From: Candidatus Krumholzibacteriota bacterium
Lineage (GTDB): Bacteria; Krumholzibacteriota; Krumholzibacteriia; Krumholzibacteriales; Krumholzibacteriaceae
NCBI GenBank assembly: GCA_030609325.1
Contig: JAUWCL010000012.1
Location: forward strand, 8,261 to 72,260
Direction: 5' to 3'
Length of the DNA: 64,000 nt
Below the pieces are notes generated by a model that worked only from the letters and a program-made list of their open reading frames with translations, searched no databases and was not told where the DNA came from. The position numbers and the translations under genes were made by a program. Positions 1 through 10,228 of this stretch are shown one piece after another. Every line of letters begins with the position of its first letter. The first letter of the stretch is position 1.

Positions 1-193
1 GTATGCGCGACCAAATCCGATGCGAATGTGGCAATGCCGCACTGCCGCGGCACAAAAGAGGAGATGAAAGCAATTCTTTTGGATTTCAATCTATGACTAC
101 TCATTATGCCACTGTCCATTCTGCGTCTTTGTGAAAGGCAGCATACAGGTAGCAAGCCGGAGTCGCCAGTATCAGCAAACATTTAGGCCGCTA

Positions 194-472
194 TTACTGT
201 CTTTGTGAACGCAATTCGATCTCAAGCCGCTCAGCTAAAAATATTTTCAACAATGACTGGTACGGCACATCCCGTTTGTTAGCCAGGAGCTTGAGCTCCG
301 CCAGCATGTGCTCCGGTAGACGCAACGAAATCGTCTTAAGCGATGGCTTTAAATTAGGCAGTACGACCTTTCTCGCTTTCGCCCAATCAATATATTCCGT
401 CGAATCCTCTTTTGCCCAGAATTCTCGTTCTTTTTTCTCTGATTTGAATTCTGGCACTTTTTTCTTTTTCAT
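194..472 (-). CDS. BrnA/CopG-family antitoxin
   Basis: 92 aa; 'EREFW...DSTEYIDW' N-terminus and RHH-like 'TISLRLP...YQSL' C-terminus; overlaps the upstream toxin by 4 nt. Confidence 0.85.
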   Translation of the reverse strand: MKKKKVPEFKSEKKEREFWAKEDSTEYIDWAKARKVVLPNLKPSLKTISLRLPEHMLAELKLLANKRDVPYQSLLKIFLAERLEIELRSQRQ

Positions 473-771
473 GATCGGTCAAATGCCTTTCTTTCTTTCT
501 GACTCATATCACGGGCTGAGATTACTCTGATTAGTCCGTTTCTAATAGTAAAGGCGATGAATAGTCTCCTGCCCGTATCAGTTATACCTAAAGCATAGCA
601 TCTTGGTTCTCGTTCAGAATGTTGTTCATCCAATCCCGAAATCATCGGACTGTTGAAAAATACCTGCTCACATTCTGAAGCTGATACACCGTGTTTTTCC
701 CAGTTCTTGAGCAGGTTCCCCTCGTCCCATTCAAACCCTTCCCACACCAGGATCCCGATTTTCTTTAGCAT
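469..771 (-). CDS. BrnT-family toxin
   Basis: 'GFEWDEGNL.KNWEKHGV' and 'IRVISAR' BrnT motifs. Confidence 0.9.
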   Translation of the reverse strand: MLKKIGILVWEGFEWDEGNLLKNWEKHGVSASECEQVFFNSPMISGLDEQHSEREPRCYALGITDTGRRLFIAFTIRNGLIRVISARDMSQKERKAFDRS

Positions 772-777
772 AACACA

Positions 778-806
778 TGTATATGTTTGTAATATACTTT
801 TGTCAA
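778..806 (-). promoter_or_regulatory. sigma70 promoter of brnTA with overlapping inverted-repeat operator
   Basis: Minus strand TTGACA-17 nt-TATACA; inverted repeat GTATAT..ATATAC overlaps the spacer and -10. Confidence 0.6.
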
Positions 807-852
807 GGGCTTTGTTTCTTGTTAAGAGGGCTGACAGATTACCAGGCAGGCA

Positions 853-1458
853 TCAATCTGCGGCCATCCCGATCACGAACAGCGCCGTCGTGACCAGCAG
901 GAGCAGCGGCATCAGGAAATAGATACGCTCCTGCGACAGAAGCGGCCTGTCCATCCTGAGAAATGCGAGCAGCAGGCCGGCGAGCCCATTGACGGCGCTG
1001 CCGAACCCGATCAGTGCGAAGAGAGGCGGTGTGGTGCCGCTGATACTGAGGATCAGGGGTACTGCGAATATCACCAGGCCGGCTATCCCGTGTACCGATG
1101 CCAGCGCGATGGTGGCTGCCCTGCCCGTGTCGAACATCCTCGTGACCACGATGAGGATAAAGCCCGTTACCGCGAAAGCAGCATAGGCTGCATGGAATCG
1201 AGGCAGGTATATCGAGATTATCCCTATGGACAGGCTAAGGGGTATGAGGGTCGCTGCAACCACGACCATCCTGTGGCCGAGGATGTCGAATCCGAAGAGG
1301 ATCAGGAGGAAGCAGAAAAGGATGATAGCGCCGAACGCGATCGTGAAATAGAGCGACGGCCAGAATCCGTAGCCCTCCAGGCCTTTTATGATCTGGTAGC
1401 CCGCCAGGTGTGCCGCCGCGAGCAGGACCAGGCGGTCGAGGATCGATATCTTCTTCAT
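853..1458 (-). CDS. Integral membrane hypothetical protein, translationally coupled to heme O synthase
   Basis: 201 aa, about 7 hydrophobic segments; 4-nt overlap with the upstream gene. Confidence 0.7.
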   Translation of the reverse strand: MKKISILDRLVLLAAAHLAGYQIIKGLEGYGFWPSLYFTIAFGAIILFCFLLILFGFDILGHRMVVVAATLIPLSLSIGIISIYLPRFHAAYAAFAVTGFILIVVTRMFDTGRAATIALASVHGIAGLVIFAVPLILSISGTTPPLFALIGFGSAVNGLAGLLLAFLRMDRPLLSQERIYFLMPLLLLVTTALFVIGMAAD

Positions 1459-2354
1459 TTAAGCGTTCCGAGGACGAGCATCAGCATCGAGCCGAGCATG
1501 TAGAGGGATGCGTACCTGAACAGCCCGAAGTCCACCCTGTCCGACGGCCGGTAGATACTGAAGACGGCGAGTCCGATTATGCCTGCCGTGAGAACGGAGA
1601 GCAGCCTGATGTAGCCCCCCTCGAGGCCCAGCGCGAAGCACCCGAGGGCGATCGAGGAGGCGGCGCCTATGCACGACAGGGCTATTACAATACGGGTCCT
1701 ACTGCGTCCGTAGACCTGGGGGAAGGTCGGGATGCCGGCGCGCCGGTAATCGTCGTGATGCCCGGCGGTAAGGCTGAAGGTAAGGATGTGGGTGGGGATC
1801 CAGAGCAGGATCGAGACGGCGAGCAGGATGCCGATATAGTCGATCGTTCCCGTGCCCAGAACGCGTCCGGCCAGTATCGGCATGCCTCCCGAGATCCCCC
1901 CCCAGATTATCGACCAGGCCGTCCTGCGCTTGAGCCACAGGGTATATACAATCACGTCGGTGAACAGACCTGCGAATACCACCAGCCCGTATAGGATCGA
2001 CAGGGAGAAGGCCCAGATCAGGCCGGCCGAGGAGAGGGTAAGCCCGAGGATCATCGCCTCTTCATCGTTAATCTTTCCCGCCGGGAGGGGGCGTCGTGCG
2101 GTGCGGCTCATCCTGGCGTCGATGTCGCGGTCGAAGACCATGTTGAGCACGGTGCTGCCGCTTATGCAGAGGGCGAGGCTTCCCAGGAGCCCCGCGATCG
2201 TTTCCCAGCTCAACACGCCCGGCCGGGAGCTGACATATCCGGCGAACCCCGTGATCAGCAGGAGGGCGATCTGCCTCGCCTTTATCAGGGTGAGATAGAG
2301 GGTGAGCCTCTGCCCGATCGATCGTATCGCAGGCGCTGTATTCATATCCCGCAC
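1455..2354 (-). CDS. cyoE: Protoheme IX farnesyltransferase (heme O synthase, UbiA family)
   Basis: 'NMVFDRDIDARMSRTARRPLP', 'YTLWLKRRT', 'DDYRRAGIP' motifs. Confidence 0.9.
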   Translation of the reverse strand: MRDMNTAPAIRSIGQRLTLYLTLIKARQIALLLITGFAGYVSSRPGVLSWETIAGLLGSLALCISGSTVLNMVFDRDIDARMSRTARRPLPAGKINDEEAMILGLTLSSAGLIWAFSLSILYGLVVFAGLFTDVIVYTLWLKRRTAWSIIWGGISGGMPILAGRVLGTGTIDYIGILLAVSILLWIPTHILTFSLTAGHHDDYRRAGIPTFPQVYGRSRTRIVIALSCIGAASSIALGCFALGLEGGYIRLLSVLTAGIIGLAVFSIYRPSDRVDFGLFRYASLYMLGSMLMLVLGTLK

Positions 2355-2764
2355 TCTCTAAGCCTCACCCGGTGGCCTTCGAGCCATCTAGTTCCGCTTG
2401 ACCCTCCCAGGTTCGGGTAAATAAAGCCCGCTCGTACCATTATTCAGAAACTATACATCTTCGAGAACGATTCTCCATGAAATTCTTATCGGAATTACAG
2501 GTTTTTCGATTGAGTGTTTCAGGCTCACGACGACCCGCGAAGACACCGCGGATACCACAGTTCCCGTAAATCGCACAGGTCTACCGATATTGTGCTTGGA
2601 TGGAGCCTCAACTGGACTCCTCGGTCGCTATCCTGTTACACTTCTCCCCGTTAATGTCCTTCATGTATTATGCGTGAGCGAGGATAAAAGGGATGTTCTC
2701 TCGCTGATGGTTCGCTCCATATGGATTCGATCAGCACAATCTATTTCTGAAGGGGACAGACATC

Positions 2765-3362
2765 ATGAAACGAAGTGGATCAGTCTTGGGTCTGATGTGC
2801 CTGTGTATATTCCTCCTCGGCACAAGTCTCGTACACGGGCAATCCACCGGATCCATCGCAGGATGGGGCCAGTATGTTTTTGTCGAACCTGAGGTGCTTG
2901 ATAGTCTCGCGGCGGTTGCCGGGGGCGGGCATCACAGTCTTGGGATAAAGCGCGGGAATTCTACTGCCGTCGCATTCATGATCAGTGATTGAATCGGGGA
3001 AGGAATATCGCTACGTGGTAGCGGCCCTCACGCTGGATGGTCGTGAGATACGATCACTCGAGGTGGTCGCTCGCAGCATAGTTCCGCCGATGGCGCTTTA
3101 TCAGAACGTCCCAAATCCTTTCAATCCTCGAACGACGATCGGATATTCCCTGCCAGGCTCAGAGCACGTAAGGATTGATATCTACGATCTCGCGGGGCGT
3201 CTCGTGCGGAGGCTCGTTGACAGGCCCATGGAGGCGGGCCGGCATCAGATCGAGTGGAACGGTGGGGACGCCAGGGGGCGAACGGTAGCTTCGGGTGTGT
3301 ATTTCTATCGGTTGACCGCGGGTAAGCAAACGTCTGCGAAAAAGATGATTCTTTTGAGATGA
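2765..3362 (+). pseudogene. Internally deleted secreted protein: signal peptide and one RCC1-like repeat joined to a FlgD-Ig/T9SS-like C-terminal domain
   Basis: ORF 2765-2992 has a signal peptide and 'VAGGGHHSLGIK'; ORF 2985-3362 has 'QNVPNPFNP...SGVYFYRL...KMILLR'; nothing in between. Confidence 0.65.
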
Positions 3363-3411
3363 GTGGATGGGTTAACTATCCACTATTCGAACGAAGTGGA
3401 CAATATCGTGG

Positions 3412-4359
3412 TCAATCATCTGTAACGAAGCATTCCCGCGGGACGAGTCCTTGCTCCACGAGCCAGGAGATCATCGTGTTGCTGATCAGCCTGTGGAATT
3501 CCTCTTCCTGTATCGAGACGTGGCCTGCGTCTATCCATTTCACCGTCTTCGGCTCGCCCGCCGCCTCGTGCAGGAGACGGCTGCACCGTTCGGGGATCCG
3601 CGGATCCTGTGTGCTGCTTATCATCAGCAGGGGACGGGGCGAGATGTCGCCGATGTATTTCATCGGTTCGACCGGAGAGACGAGAACGGCACCGAGCCAG
3701 CCGGCGGGCTTCGCGAGCCAGCGCGGTATGTCGTGGCTCGCGCCGAGGATCGACTGGATGTCGCCCGCGCCGTATATTATCACCGCGGCTGCGGGACGGT
3801 CGTCGATCGCCGCGTGGGCGGGGATGAAGAAGGTGCCGAGGCTGCCGCCTATGACGATGATGCGGCCGGGGTCGACGTCGTCCCTTTCGAGGAGATAGTC
3901 GACCGCTGTCATCACGGCCGGCGCCGTGTCGATCACTGCGCGGCGGATGCGAGGCACCGATCCGATGAACTCGAGGGTGCTCATCCTGCTCATCTTGCCT
4001 TCGTACGGGTAGTCGAGTGCCAGCAGGACGATCCCTCGCGTGTTGTGGATGTATTCGAGGGTCTTCCTGCCGGTGCGCAGGCCGCCCAGGATGAGAAATG
4101 CGGGGCGCAGGCCGCCCTCTTCGGCCGGGACCCTGAGGAATCCGTTCGTCCTGACGCCGGTGGAGCTCTCGAGTGTCACCTCGAAGAGGCGGTGCCCTTC
4201 GCTCTCCCCGACGAGATACTCCCCCGTCTCGACGAGCCTCCCGCGGCGCTCGAGGAAGCGCCCCGTGTAGTCGACCGACCGGTATATCTCGCCGGTGATA
4301 TATATGGCGAGCATCAGGATGGCGAGCGCGAGAAACGATATCAACAGCCGGCGTTTCAT
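3412..4359 (-). CDS. Alpha/beta hydrolase with N-terminal membrane anchor
   Basis: GGSLG nucleophile elbow, 'DPRIP' Asp, 'GH' His; start set at MKRRLLIS. Confidence 0.8.
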   Translation of the reverse strand: MKRRLLISFLALAILMLAIYITGEIYRSVDYTGRFLERRGRLVETGEYLVGESEGHRLFEVTLESSTGVRTNGFLRVPAEEGGLRPAFLILGGLRTGRKTLEYIHNTRGIVLLALDYPYEGKMSRMSTLEFIGSVPRIRRAVIDTAPAVMTAVDYLLERDDVDPGRIIVIGGSLGTFFIPAHAAIDDRPAAAVIIYGAGDIQSILGASHDIPRWLAKPAGWLGAVLVSPVEPMKYIGDISPRPLLMISSTQDPRIPERCSRLLHEAAGEPKTVKWIDAGHVSIQEEEFHRLISNTMISWLVEQGLVPRECFVTDD

Positions 4360-4638
4360 GGCTATATCGTTGCCTCCAGGAGAGATCGTCAGAATAATGG
4401 CCCCGCTCATTATACAGGCGGCTCATGACAACACAACAGGGGGTTTTCAGCGAAAAATGGTCCTGCTTCGCCGAGGAATCGTGTCAGTAAATCACCTTTA
4501 CTTATTGATAACGATTGCAGTGCTCGTACTGCTTCTTGCTTCACCTCTATCGGCCTGGTTCGCCCAACTGGCTTTTTCCGTCGAGCGACGGCTCGACCGG
4601 GGATCCAACCTGCTAGCGAATAATCCGGATCTTAACAC

Positions 4639-4666
4639 TTGACAATGGTATGACTATAGTTATACT
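4639..4666 (+). promoter_or_regulatory. sigma70 promoter of the mazEF-like pair with palindromic operator
   Basis: TTGACA-16 nt-TATACT; near-palindrome GTATGACTATAGTTATAC. Confidence 0.65.
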
Positions 4667-4673
4667 TACAGGT

Positions 4674-4916
4674 GTGAAGACTGCTATATCCATACCGGAC
4701 ACACTGTTTATTGCCGCCGAGCGGCTTGCGAAACGGCTGGGGGTCTCCCGAAGCGAGCTTTACCAGCATGCGGTACGCTCTTTCATCGATCAGCACAGGG
4801 CGGACGGCGTCACCGAATCACTCGATGCGCTTTATGAAAGCGAAGGCATATCGAGCGAGCTCGATCCCGTTCTCGAGCACCTTCAGGGCGCTTCGATCGC
4901 GAAAGAGGACTGGTGA
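4674..4916 (+). CDS. Ribbon-helix-helix antitoxin (ChpI/MazE-like)
   Basis: GTG start 'MKTAISIPD..F..AE.LA..LGVSRSELY'; overlaps the toxin. Confidence 0.85.
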   Translation: MKTAISIPDTLFIAAERLAKRLGVSRSELYQHAVRSFIDQHRADGVTESLDALYESEGISSELDPVLEHLQGASIAKEDW

Positions 4917-5254
4917 TGCAGAGAGGAGAGATCTGGTGGGCGGGGCTGCCTGTACCTGGAGGATCAGGTCCGGGATATCGGCGCCCCGTATTGATTGTTC
5001 AGGCCGATGCGTTTAACCGCAGCAGGATCGGCACGATAATCGCCGCCGCGATATCATCCAATCTCCGGCTGGCAGAGGCTCCGGGCAACGTGTTTCTGGG
5101 CCGCCGGCAGAGCAGGCTTCCGAAGGATTCCGTGGTAAATATATCTCAACTTGTCACGCTGGACCGGAAATACCTCTCCGGCAGAGTCGGCAAGCTCTCA
5201 CTAAAACAGATGTCTGCCGTCGACGACGGGCTGAGACTGGTCCTGTCCGTATAA
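4913..5254 (+). CDS. mazF: PemK/MazF-family endoribonuclease toxin
   Basis: 'RGEIWW', 'RRPVLIVQ.D.FN', 'SVVNISQL.TLD'. Confidence 0.9.
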   Translation: MMQRGEIWWAGLPVPGGSGPGYRRPVLIVQADAFNRSRIGTIIAAAISSNLRLAEAPGNVFLGRRQSRLPKDSVVNISQLVTLDRKYLSGRVGKLSLKQMSAVDDGLRLVLSV

Positions 5255-5404
5255 CGGTTCGAACCGGTTTTATTTCGCCAGTATCATCCGGCCGGACGAC
5301 TGGCGAGCTGCGGTGTTCGTGATACAGGTGATGCCCCCGTGCCGCTGTTTGCCTCTCAGGCAGGTGGCCTGGTGCAGCGATTTTGAGGATTTTGGAGCGG
5401 CGGA

Positions 5405-5842
5405 TCAGTTCTTAAGATCCCACCATCCGTACCAGTTGACGTAGATGAGCGCCTTCTGGTCCGTGAAGTCGTTCCCGCCGAGAACACGCTTCTCCCACGT
5501 GTACTCGACGCCGAGAGAGCCGGAGAGCCCGGTGTGCACGAATGTGTCGAGGGAGATACCGACAGCCGGTCCTATCAGGTTGTTCCAGTCGTATCCCTCA
5601 GTGTCCCACTTATAGCGCAGTTTGGCGTAAGTGTTTATGGACGTATCGCCCCATTTTGCGAGGTCGATTCCTTGCTTGATCCAGCCGTCGAGGACGAGGT
5701 TCTCCGAGCCTTCCCTGGGTATCTCGTACCTGAGTTCTCCCCAGGTAGCTCCGCGCAGGCCCGCGATCTCGGCGCGGGCTTCGCCTGCGCCCGCGACCAT
5801 CACGAGCAGGAGCAGCAGCGTTCCACCGATAAACCGGTTCAT
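5405..5842 (-). CDS. Exported small beta-strand-rich (putative outer-membrane) protein
   Basis: Signal peptide ending AEA/ARA; aromatic-rich alternating strands; C-terminal 'WYGWWDL'. Confidence 0.6.
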   Translation of the reverse strand: MNRFIGGTLLLLLVMVAGAGEARAEIAGLRGATWGELRYEIPREGSENLVLDGWIKQGIDLAKWGDTSINTYAKLRYKWDTEGYDWNNLIGPAVGISLDTFVHTGLSGSLGVEYTWEKRVLGGNDFTDQKALIYVNWYGWWDLKN

Positions 5843-5844
5843 TG

Positions 5845-7257
5845 TTATCTCCTTCCGAATACGAGGGCGTGTGTCTCGCCCCACGAATGCTCTATCGTAA
5901 AGTCCTCGAGCAGCGTGCAGTCGCTGTCCAGGATGTCCCGGAAGCGCTCGCTCGGGTAATGCTTTCCGTAGTAGTCGTCCTCGCAGATGACGAAATCGAC
6001 CCGCTCGTCGAGCCTGCGGCCGTCCCCGTCCCCGCGTATGAACCAGGTGATGTGATCGAACCTCGCGCCGGGGTACTCAGACTCAAGGGCATACTCGTAC
6101 ATCACTCCGTCCCAGCCGTTCGTAGCCACGGTCATACCGTCGAAACCGTTGCGGCTGAGGTATTCGATGACGGGGGTGACGTCGGGATGCTGCTTCTCGA
6201 GCCACCTGAGGTTGTTGATCCCGTACGCCCACACGATGGTGATGACCGAGACGGTGAAGAAGACCTTCACCGCGCGGCTCGTCTCGCGCATCGAGAAGAG
6301 ATGGGCGATGTGATCGATCCCCATCGCCCCGGCCGGGGCGAGGAATATGATGGCAAACACGACGTTTTTGTTCACCGAAGTCTCCGCCCTCGTGATGATG
6401 TGGATCAGGAGGATCGGCGTCGATACGAGAATGAGCAGGGCGGCAAGACGCCTGTATCTCTCGTGGAAGAGACCGAAGGCGGCGAGCAGGTAGGCGAGCG
6501 AGAGCCAGCGGAAGGTCCAGTCGAAGATCGTCGCGAGCGGCAGGCTCGAGACCTCTCTGGCGTTCTCGATTTGATAGATCACTTGCGGATTGGGCGGATA
6601 CGGAGAGAACCAGAAGAACATCGTCATGAATACGGTCAGAGGCGCGAGGGCGAAGAGGATCGCATTCATCACGCCGTGCCTGAGTATCACGTATATGAGA
6701 AAAACCGGGATGAACGCCGGCAGGAGGTATTTCGTGATGGCCGAAAGGCTGAGCAGGATCGTCGCCGTGACGAGGGCGGTGGCCTCATACGCGGGCGAGC
6801 CGGCCCTGTGCGCGGCCACGGTCATCAGGAACGCCCCCCCGAGGAAGAGGGCGGCGGTCATGTCGTAAGTGGCCAGCTTCATCAGGTAGAGCGCCTGGCC
6901 GGAAAACATGAATATCGCCGCCGCAAGGAGACCGAGGTCTTTCCCGGCGAGAATCCTCGTGGCGAGGTAGATGCATACGGTGAGAGCGAGCCCGAGGATG
7001 ATGTTCATGATGCGGGCGCCGTAGAGCCCGCCGAACGCATCGCCGAACGAGGCGAGGAGGGGCCAGGTCATCACCGAACCGGTATGCGCCGGGCAGCCGG
7101 GACAGTATTCGCCGGCCGCTAGCTGGCGTCCCATCACGATGTGGTACGCCTCGTCGACGAAGACCGAGTTGTAGTCGATCTTCACGAGGCTGATGACGAG
7201 GCCGTAGGCGAGGACGCCTGCAAGGAGGATGTAATGTATCCTGCTCGATCTCTTCAT
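5845..7257 (-). CDS. GT-C glycosyltransferase (ArnT/PMT, GT39/83-like)
   Basis: 'FVDEAYH' loop motif after TM1, many TM helices, 'TKY' motif. Confidence 0.8.
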   Translation of the reverse strand: MKRSSRIHYILLAGVLAYGLVISLVKIDYNSVFVDEAYHIVMGRQLAAGEYCPGCPAHTGSVMTWPLLASFGDAFGGLYGARIMNIILGLALTVCIYLATRILAGKDLGLLAAAIFMFSGQALYLMKLATYDMTAALFLGGAFLMTVAAHRAGSPAYEATALVTATILLSLSAITKYLLPAFIPVFLIYVILRHGVMNAILFALAPLTVFMTMFFWFSPYPPNPQVIYQIENAREVSSLPLATIFDWTFRWLSLAYLLAAFGLFHERYRRLAALLILVSTPILLIHIITRAETSVNKNVVFAIIFLAPAGAMGIDHIAHLFSMRETSRAVKVFFTVSVITIVWAYGINNLRWLEKQHPDVTPVIEYLSRNGFDGMTVATNGWDGVMYEYALESEYPGARFDHITWFIRGDGDGRRLDERVDFVICEDDYYGKHYPSERFRDILDSDCTLLEDFTIEHSWGETHALVFGRR

Positions 7258-9467
7258 TCCACCAGCTCTCCGATCTGGTCGGCGATCTTCACGAGGTACT
7301 TCGCCGACTCGCTTTCCGGCTCGTCGAACTCGATCCCCATCAGCGCCTCGGGGAAATCCTCCACCGGCAGTCCTGTCGTCCGGGCCACCTTCCCGTCGAG
7401 CTCGACTATATCCTGACCGACGATGACCATGATCTTCACAGGGCTTTCAGGCTCCACGGGGATCTCGGTCGCGATCAGGCAGCCCGTCTCCGATACGTTT
7501 CGTATCGCCGAATATCTCGGCCTGCTGTCGCCGTTCGTCACGACGGCGGGCAGCCAGGACCGGACCCTTCGTGCCCTCTCGGGCAGGTCCTCGTCTTTCT
7601 TCAGCCGCCTGTCGAGGTGGGTCTCGTACCGCGTTGAAAATTCGCTGAGGAACTTCGACACAGACGAGGAGGAGAGATACCTCGTCAGGCGGTCCCTTCG
7701 CGAGCGCGGCATGCCGTTGAGCTTGATGCCGAGCCTCGATGCGAGGTGCCCGTTCGCCTTCACCGTTCTGCTGTGCGTGATGTATCCTTCCGTCTCTATG
7801 TTCCCGCCGGGGAGGATCAGTTCGAGGCCGATCTTTCGCACGGAAGGAGCCTTCCCGATCGTCATTATCGAGATGCCCTCTTGGGTGAGGTTGTCGGCGA
7901 CGGCGATGCGCTTCTCGCGCCCCTCGCCGTTCTCATACCTGTAGAACATCGGGATGCTGTCGGGGATGCGGAAATTCTCCCTCTTCTGGGAGGATTTCTT
8001 GCGAGCGTACAGAATGATCCCTATCCCCAGGCCTGTGTTGTAGAGGGCCCAGAGACTGTTTACGGCTATTATGAACTCGTCGCTCCGCTTGCCGAGCAAC
8101 AGGAAAGTGAGCGCCCAGATGATCGCCGCGATGCTGGCGAGCACGACAAGGATCTGCGGGGTGAGATACCTGCCCGATGATGCGCCGCTTCCCTTGGGGG
8201 TGACCGCAAACTTTCGCGACCTCTTCGGCAGCAGGAATGCGAAGAGCGAACTGATGTAGGTGAGGAACTTGCCCATGCTGAACTGCTCGAGCAGGAGGTT
8301 CCCTCCGTATCCCCTTCCCATCTCGTTGAACGCGTATATCGATATCGCGTAGTACGGTATGAAGTGGAGGAGGTACTTTATGTCGAGCGCGTGCATCGGC
8401 AGTATGCCGGTAAACAGGATGATCGGCGGGGTAACGTAGAAGATCAGTTTCTGGAATCCCTCGAACGGGTAGATCAGGCTCGCGAGGTAGCAGAGGCGCT
8501 GCGGGAAGCTCAGCCCCTTGATGAAGAACGGATTAGCCTTGAAGAAGACCTGCCATCCGCCGAGGCCCCAGCGCCGCCGCTGAATGTGGAAGGGGACGAT
8601 CGTCTCGGCGGCTATGCCGTAGGCCAGCGGCTCGTTGTGGTAGACCGAGCCCCATCCTTCCGACTGCAGCCGGATCGAAGTCATCATGTCCTCGGTGATC
8701 GAGCCGGTGGCGAAACCGTCGATGTCGTCGAGGGCCTTCCTCCTGATGATCGCGCACGTGCCGACGAAATAGGCGGCGTTCCAGTGGTCCCTACCGGGCT
8801 GGATGATGTAATAGAAGAGCCCCTGCTCTGCCCAGATGTACTTCTTTTCGGGCGAGACGCGGTGCTGGAACGAGTCGATGTTGTAGAACTCCTGCGGTGC
8901 CTGAGCGAAACCGAGCTCGTAGTCCTTGAAATACCCCAGCAGGCGGTCGATGAAATGGGGCAGGGGAGCGTGGTCGGCGTCGAAGACGGCGACGAACTCC
9001 GCCTCGGAGTGCTCGAGGCCGAAGTTGAGGTTACCCGCCTTGGCGTTCTCGTGCTCCCCGCGGGCGAGATAGACGCAGCCCAGCTCTTCACAGAGCTCGC
9101 GGACCTCGTCGCGGCCCCCGTCGTCGAGGACGAGGGTCCTGTGCGGGTACTTCAGATCGTTGCAGGCGAGCAGCGTCTTGCGGAGGACCTCGACGGGCTC
9201 GTTGATCGTCGGTATGAGGACGTCTACGGTGCGGCCCTCGAGCGGCTCGGGAGCCTCGCGCGTGGTCGGTTTCCAGACGGTGAAGTAGAAGAGGAGCGTG
9301 GTGAAGAATCCGAAGACCTCGGCGCACCACAATGTCCACGAGAAGAAGAGAGCGTTCGGATTGAACGTCTCCGTGACCCGCCAGTAGAGGTAGTAGATCG
9401 TTACGGCGACCGCCAGTACGGCAACGACTCGCCTGAGGCGCTCGCCTTTCAGGTTCCTGAAGTCCAT
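7254..9467 (-). CDS. Cellulose synthase-like processive GT2 (BcsA-like) with two C-terminal PilZ domains
   Basis: DD, KAGNLN, FDADH, TED and QRRRW motifs; PilZ motifs RENFR..DNLTQEG and RARR..NVSETG. Confidence 0.85.
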   Translation of the reverse strand: MDFRNLKGERLRRVVAVLAVAVTIYYLYWRVTETFNPNALFFSWTLWCAEVFGFFTTLLFYFTVWKPTTREAPEPLEGRTVDVLIPTINEPVEVLRKTLLACNDLKYPHRTLVLDDGGRDEVRELCEELGCVYLARGEHENAKAGNLNFGLEHSEAEFVAVFDADHAPLPHFIDRLLGYFKDYELGFAQAPQEFYNIDSFQHRVSPEKKYIWAEQGLFYYIIQPGRDHWNAAYFVGTCAIIRRKALDDIDGFATGSITEDMMTSIRLQSEGWGSVYHNEPLAYGIAAETIVPFHIQRRRWGLGGWQVFFKANPFFIKGLSFPQRLCYLASLIYPFEGFQKLIFYVTPPIILFTGILPMHALDIKYLLHFIPYYAISIYAFNEMGRGYGGNLLLEQFSMGKFLTYISSLFAFLLPKRSRKFAVTPKGSGASSGRYLTPQILVVLASIAAIIWALTFLLLGKRSDEFIIAVNSLWALYNTGLGIGIILYARKKSSQKRENFRIPDSIPMFYRYENGEGREKRIAVADNLTQEGISIMTIGKAPSVRKIGLELILPGGNIETEGYITHSRTVKANGHLASRLGIKLNGMPRSRRDRLTRYLSSSSVSKFLSEFSTRYETHLDRRLKKDEDLPERARRVRSWLPAVVTNGDSRPRYSAIRNVSETGCLIATEIPVEPESPVKIMVIVGQDIVELDGKVARTTGLPVEDFPEALMGIEFDEPESESAKYLVKIADQIGELVE

Positions 9468-9649
9468 GGCACAGATGCTCAATTATTGAAGTTGGATCCT
9501 CAGGTCTGGGAAACAATCGATCGCTGTGCGATTCCCGCTGCAACCCTGGACCCAATTGTTCTGACAACCCTGTTCCCATCCGCATGGGAACATGTCATAA
9601 TTGTATCACAGAGCAATCGGTTATAACAACAGGCCAGGGGGTAAGGCGC

Positions 9650-10207
9650 ATGGCGGGGCGTGTATGTCCGTGGTGGCTGGGATATTTTCACCTCGGACCG
9701 ATAAGAAAGATATTCGAAAATCCCCGGAAGATCCTCTCTCCATTCGTTAATAGAGGGATGAGGGTCCTCGAGCCGGGGTGCGGGATGGGTTTTTTCACCC
9801 TCGAGGCGGCGAGGCTTGCCGGGCCGGAGGGCAGAGTCTACGCCGTCGACCTCCAGCCGCGGATGATCGGCGCCCTCGAGCGCCGCGCGCTCCGCGCGAA
9901 GCTGACCGATACGGTCGAGGCGAGGGTCTGTCCGGCCGAGACGATGGGTGTGGGCGACCTCGACGGTACAATCGACCTTGTCCTCGCCTTCTGCCTCGTC
10001 CACGAGGTGCCAGACGCGGAACGATTCTTCAGGGAAGTCCGACAGGTGCTCAGGCCCGGCGGGCGGTGCTTCGTCCTCGAGCCGGCGATGCATGTGAAGG
10101 CAGAGGCCTTCGAAGAGACACTGGAGGCAGCGCGCAGGGCCGGGTTTTCGGTCACCGCGGGCCCGGATGTCCACAAGAGCCATTCAGTGGTCCTTGAGTC
10201 GGGATGA
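9650..10207 (+). CDS. Class I SAM-dependent methyltransferase
   Basis: 'VCPWW', 'VLEPGCGMG', 'LRPGG'. Confidence 0.85.
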   Translation: MAGRVCPWWLGYFHLGPIRKIFENPRKILSPFVNRGMRVLEPGCGMGFFTLEAARLAGPEGRVYAVDLQPRMIGALERRALRAKLTDTVEARVCPAETMGVGDLDGTIDLVLAFCLVHEVPDAERFFREVRQVLRPGGRCFVLEPAMHVKAEAFEETLEAARRAGFSVTAGPDVHKSHSVVLESG

Positions 10208-10228
10208 CGCAACAACAAAATGTGATAT

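Noticed and set aside
1-193. Possible integron attC next to the TA pair
   Set aside because: No matching RYYYAAC/GTTRRRY pair with a complementary stem, and no integrase
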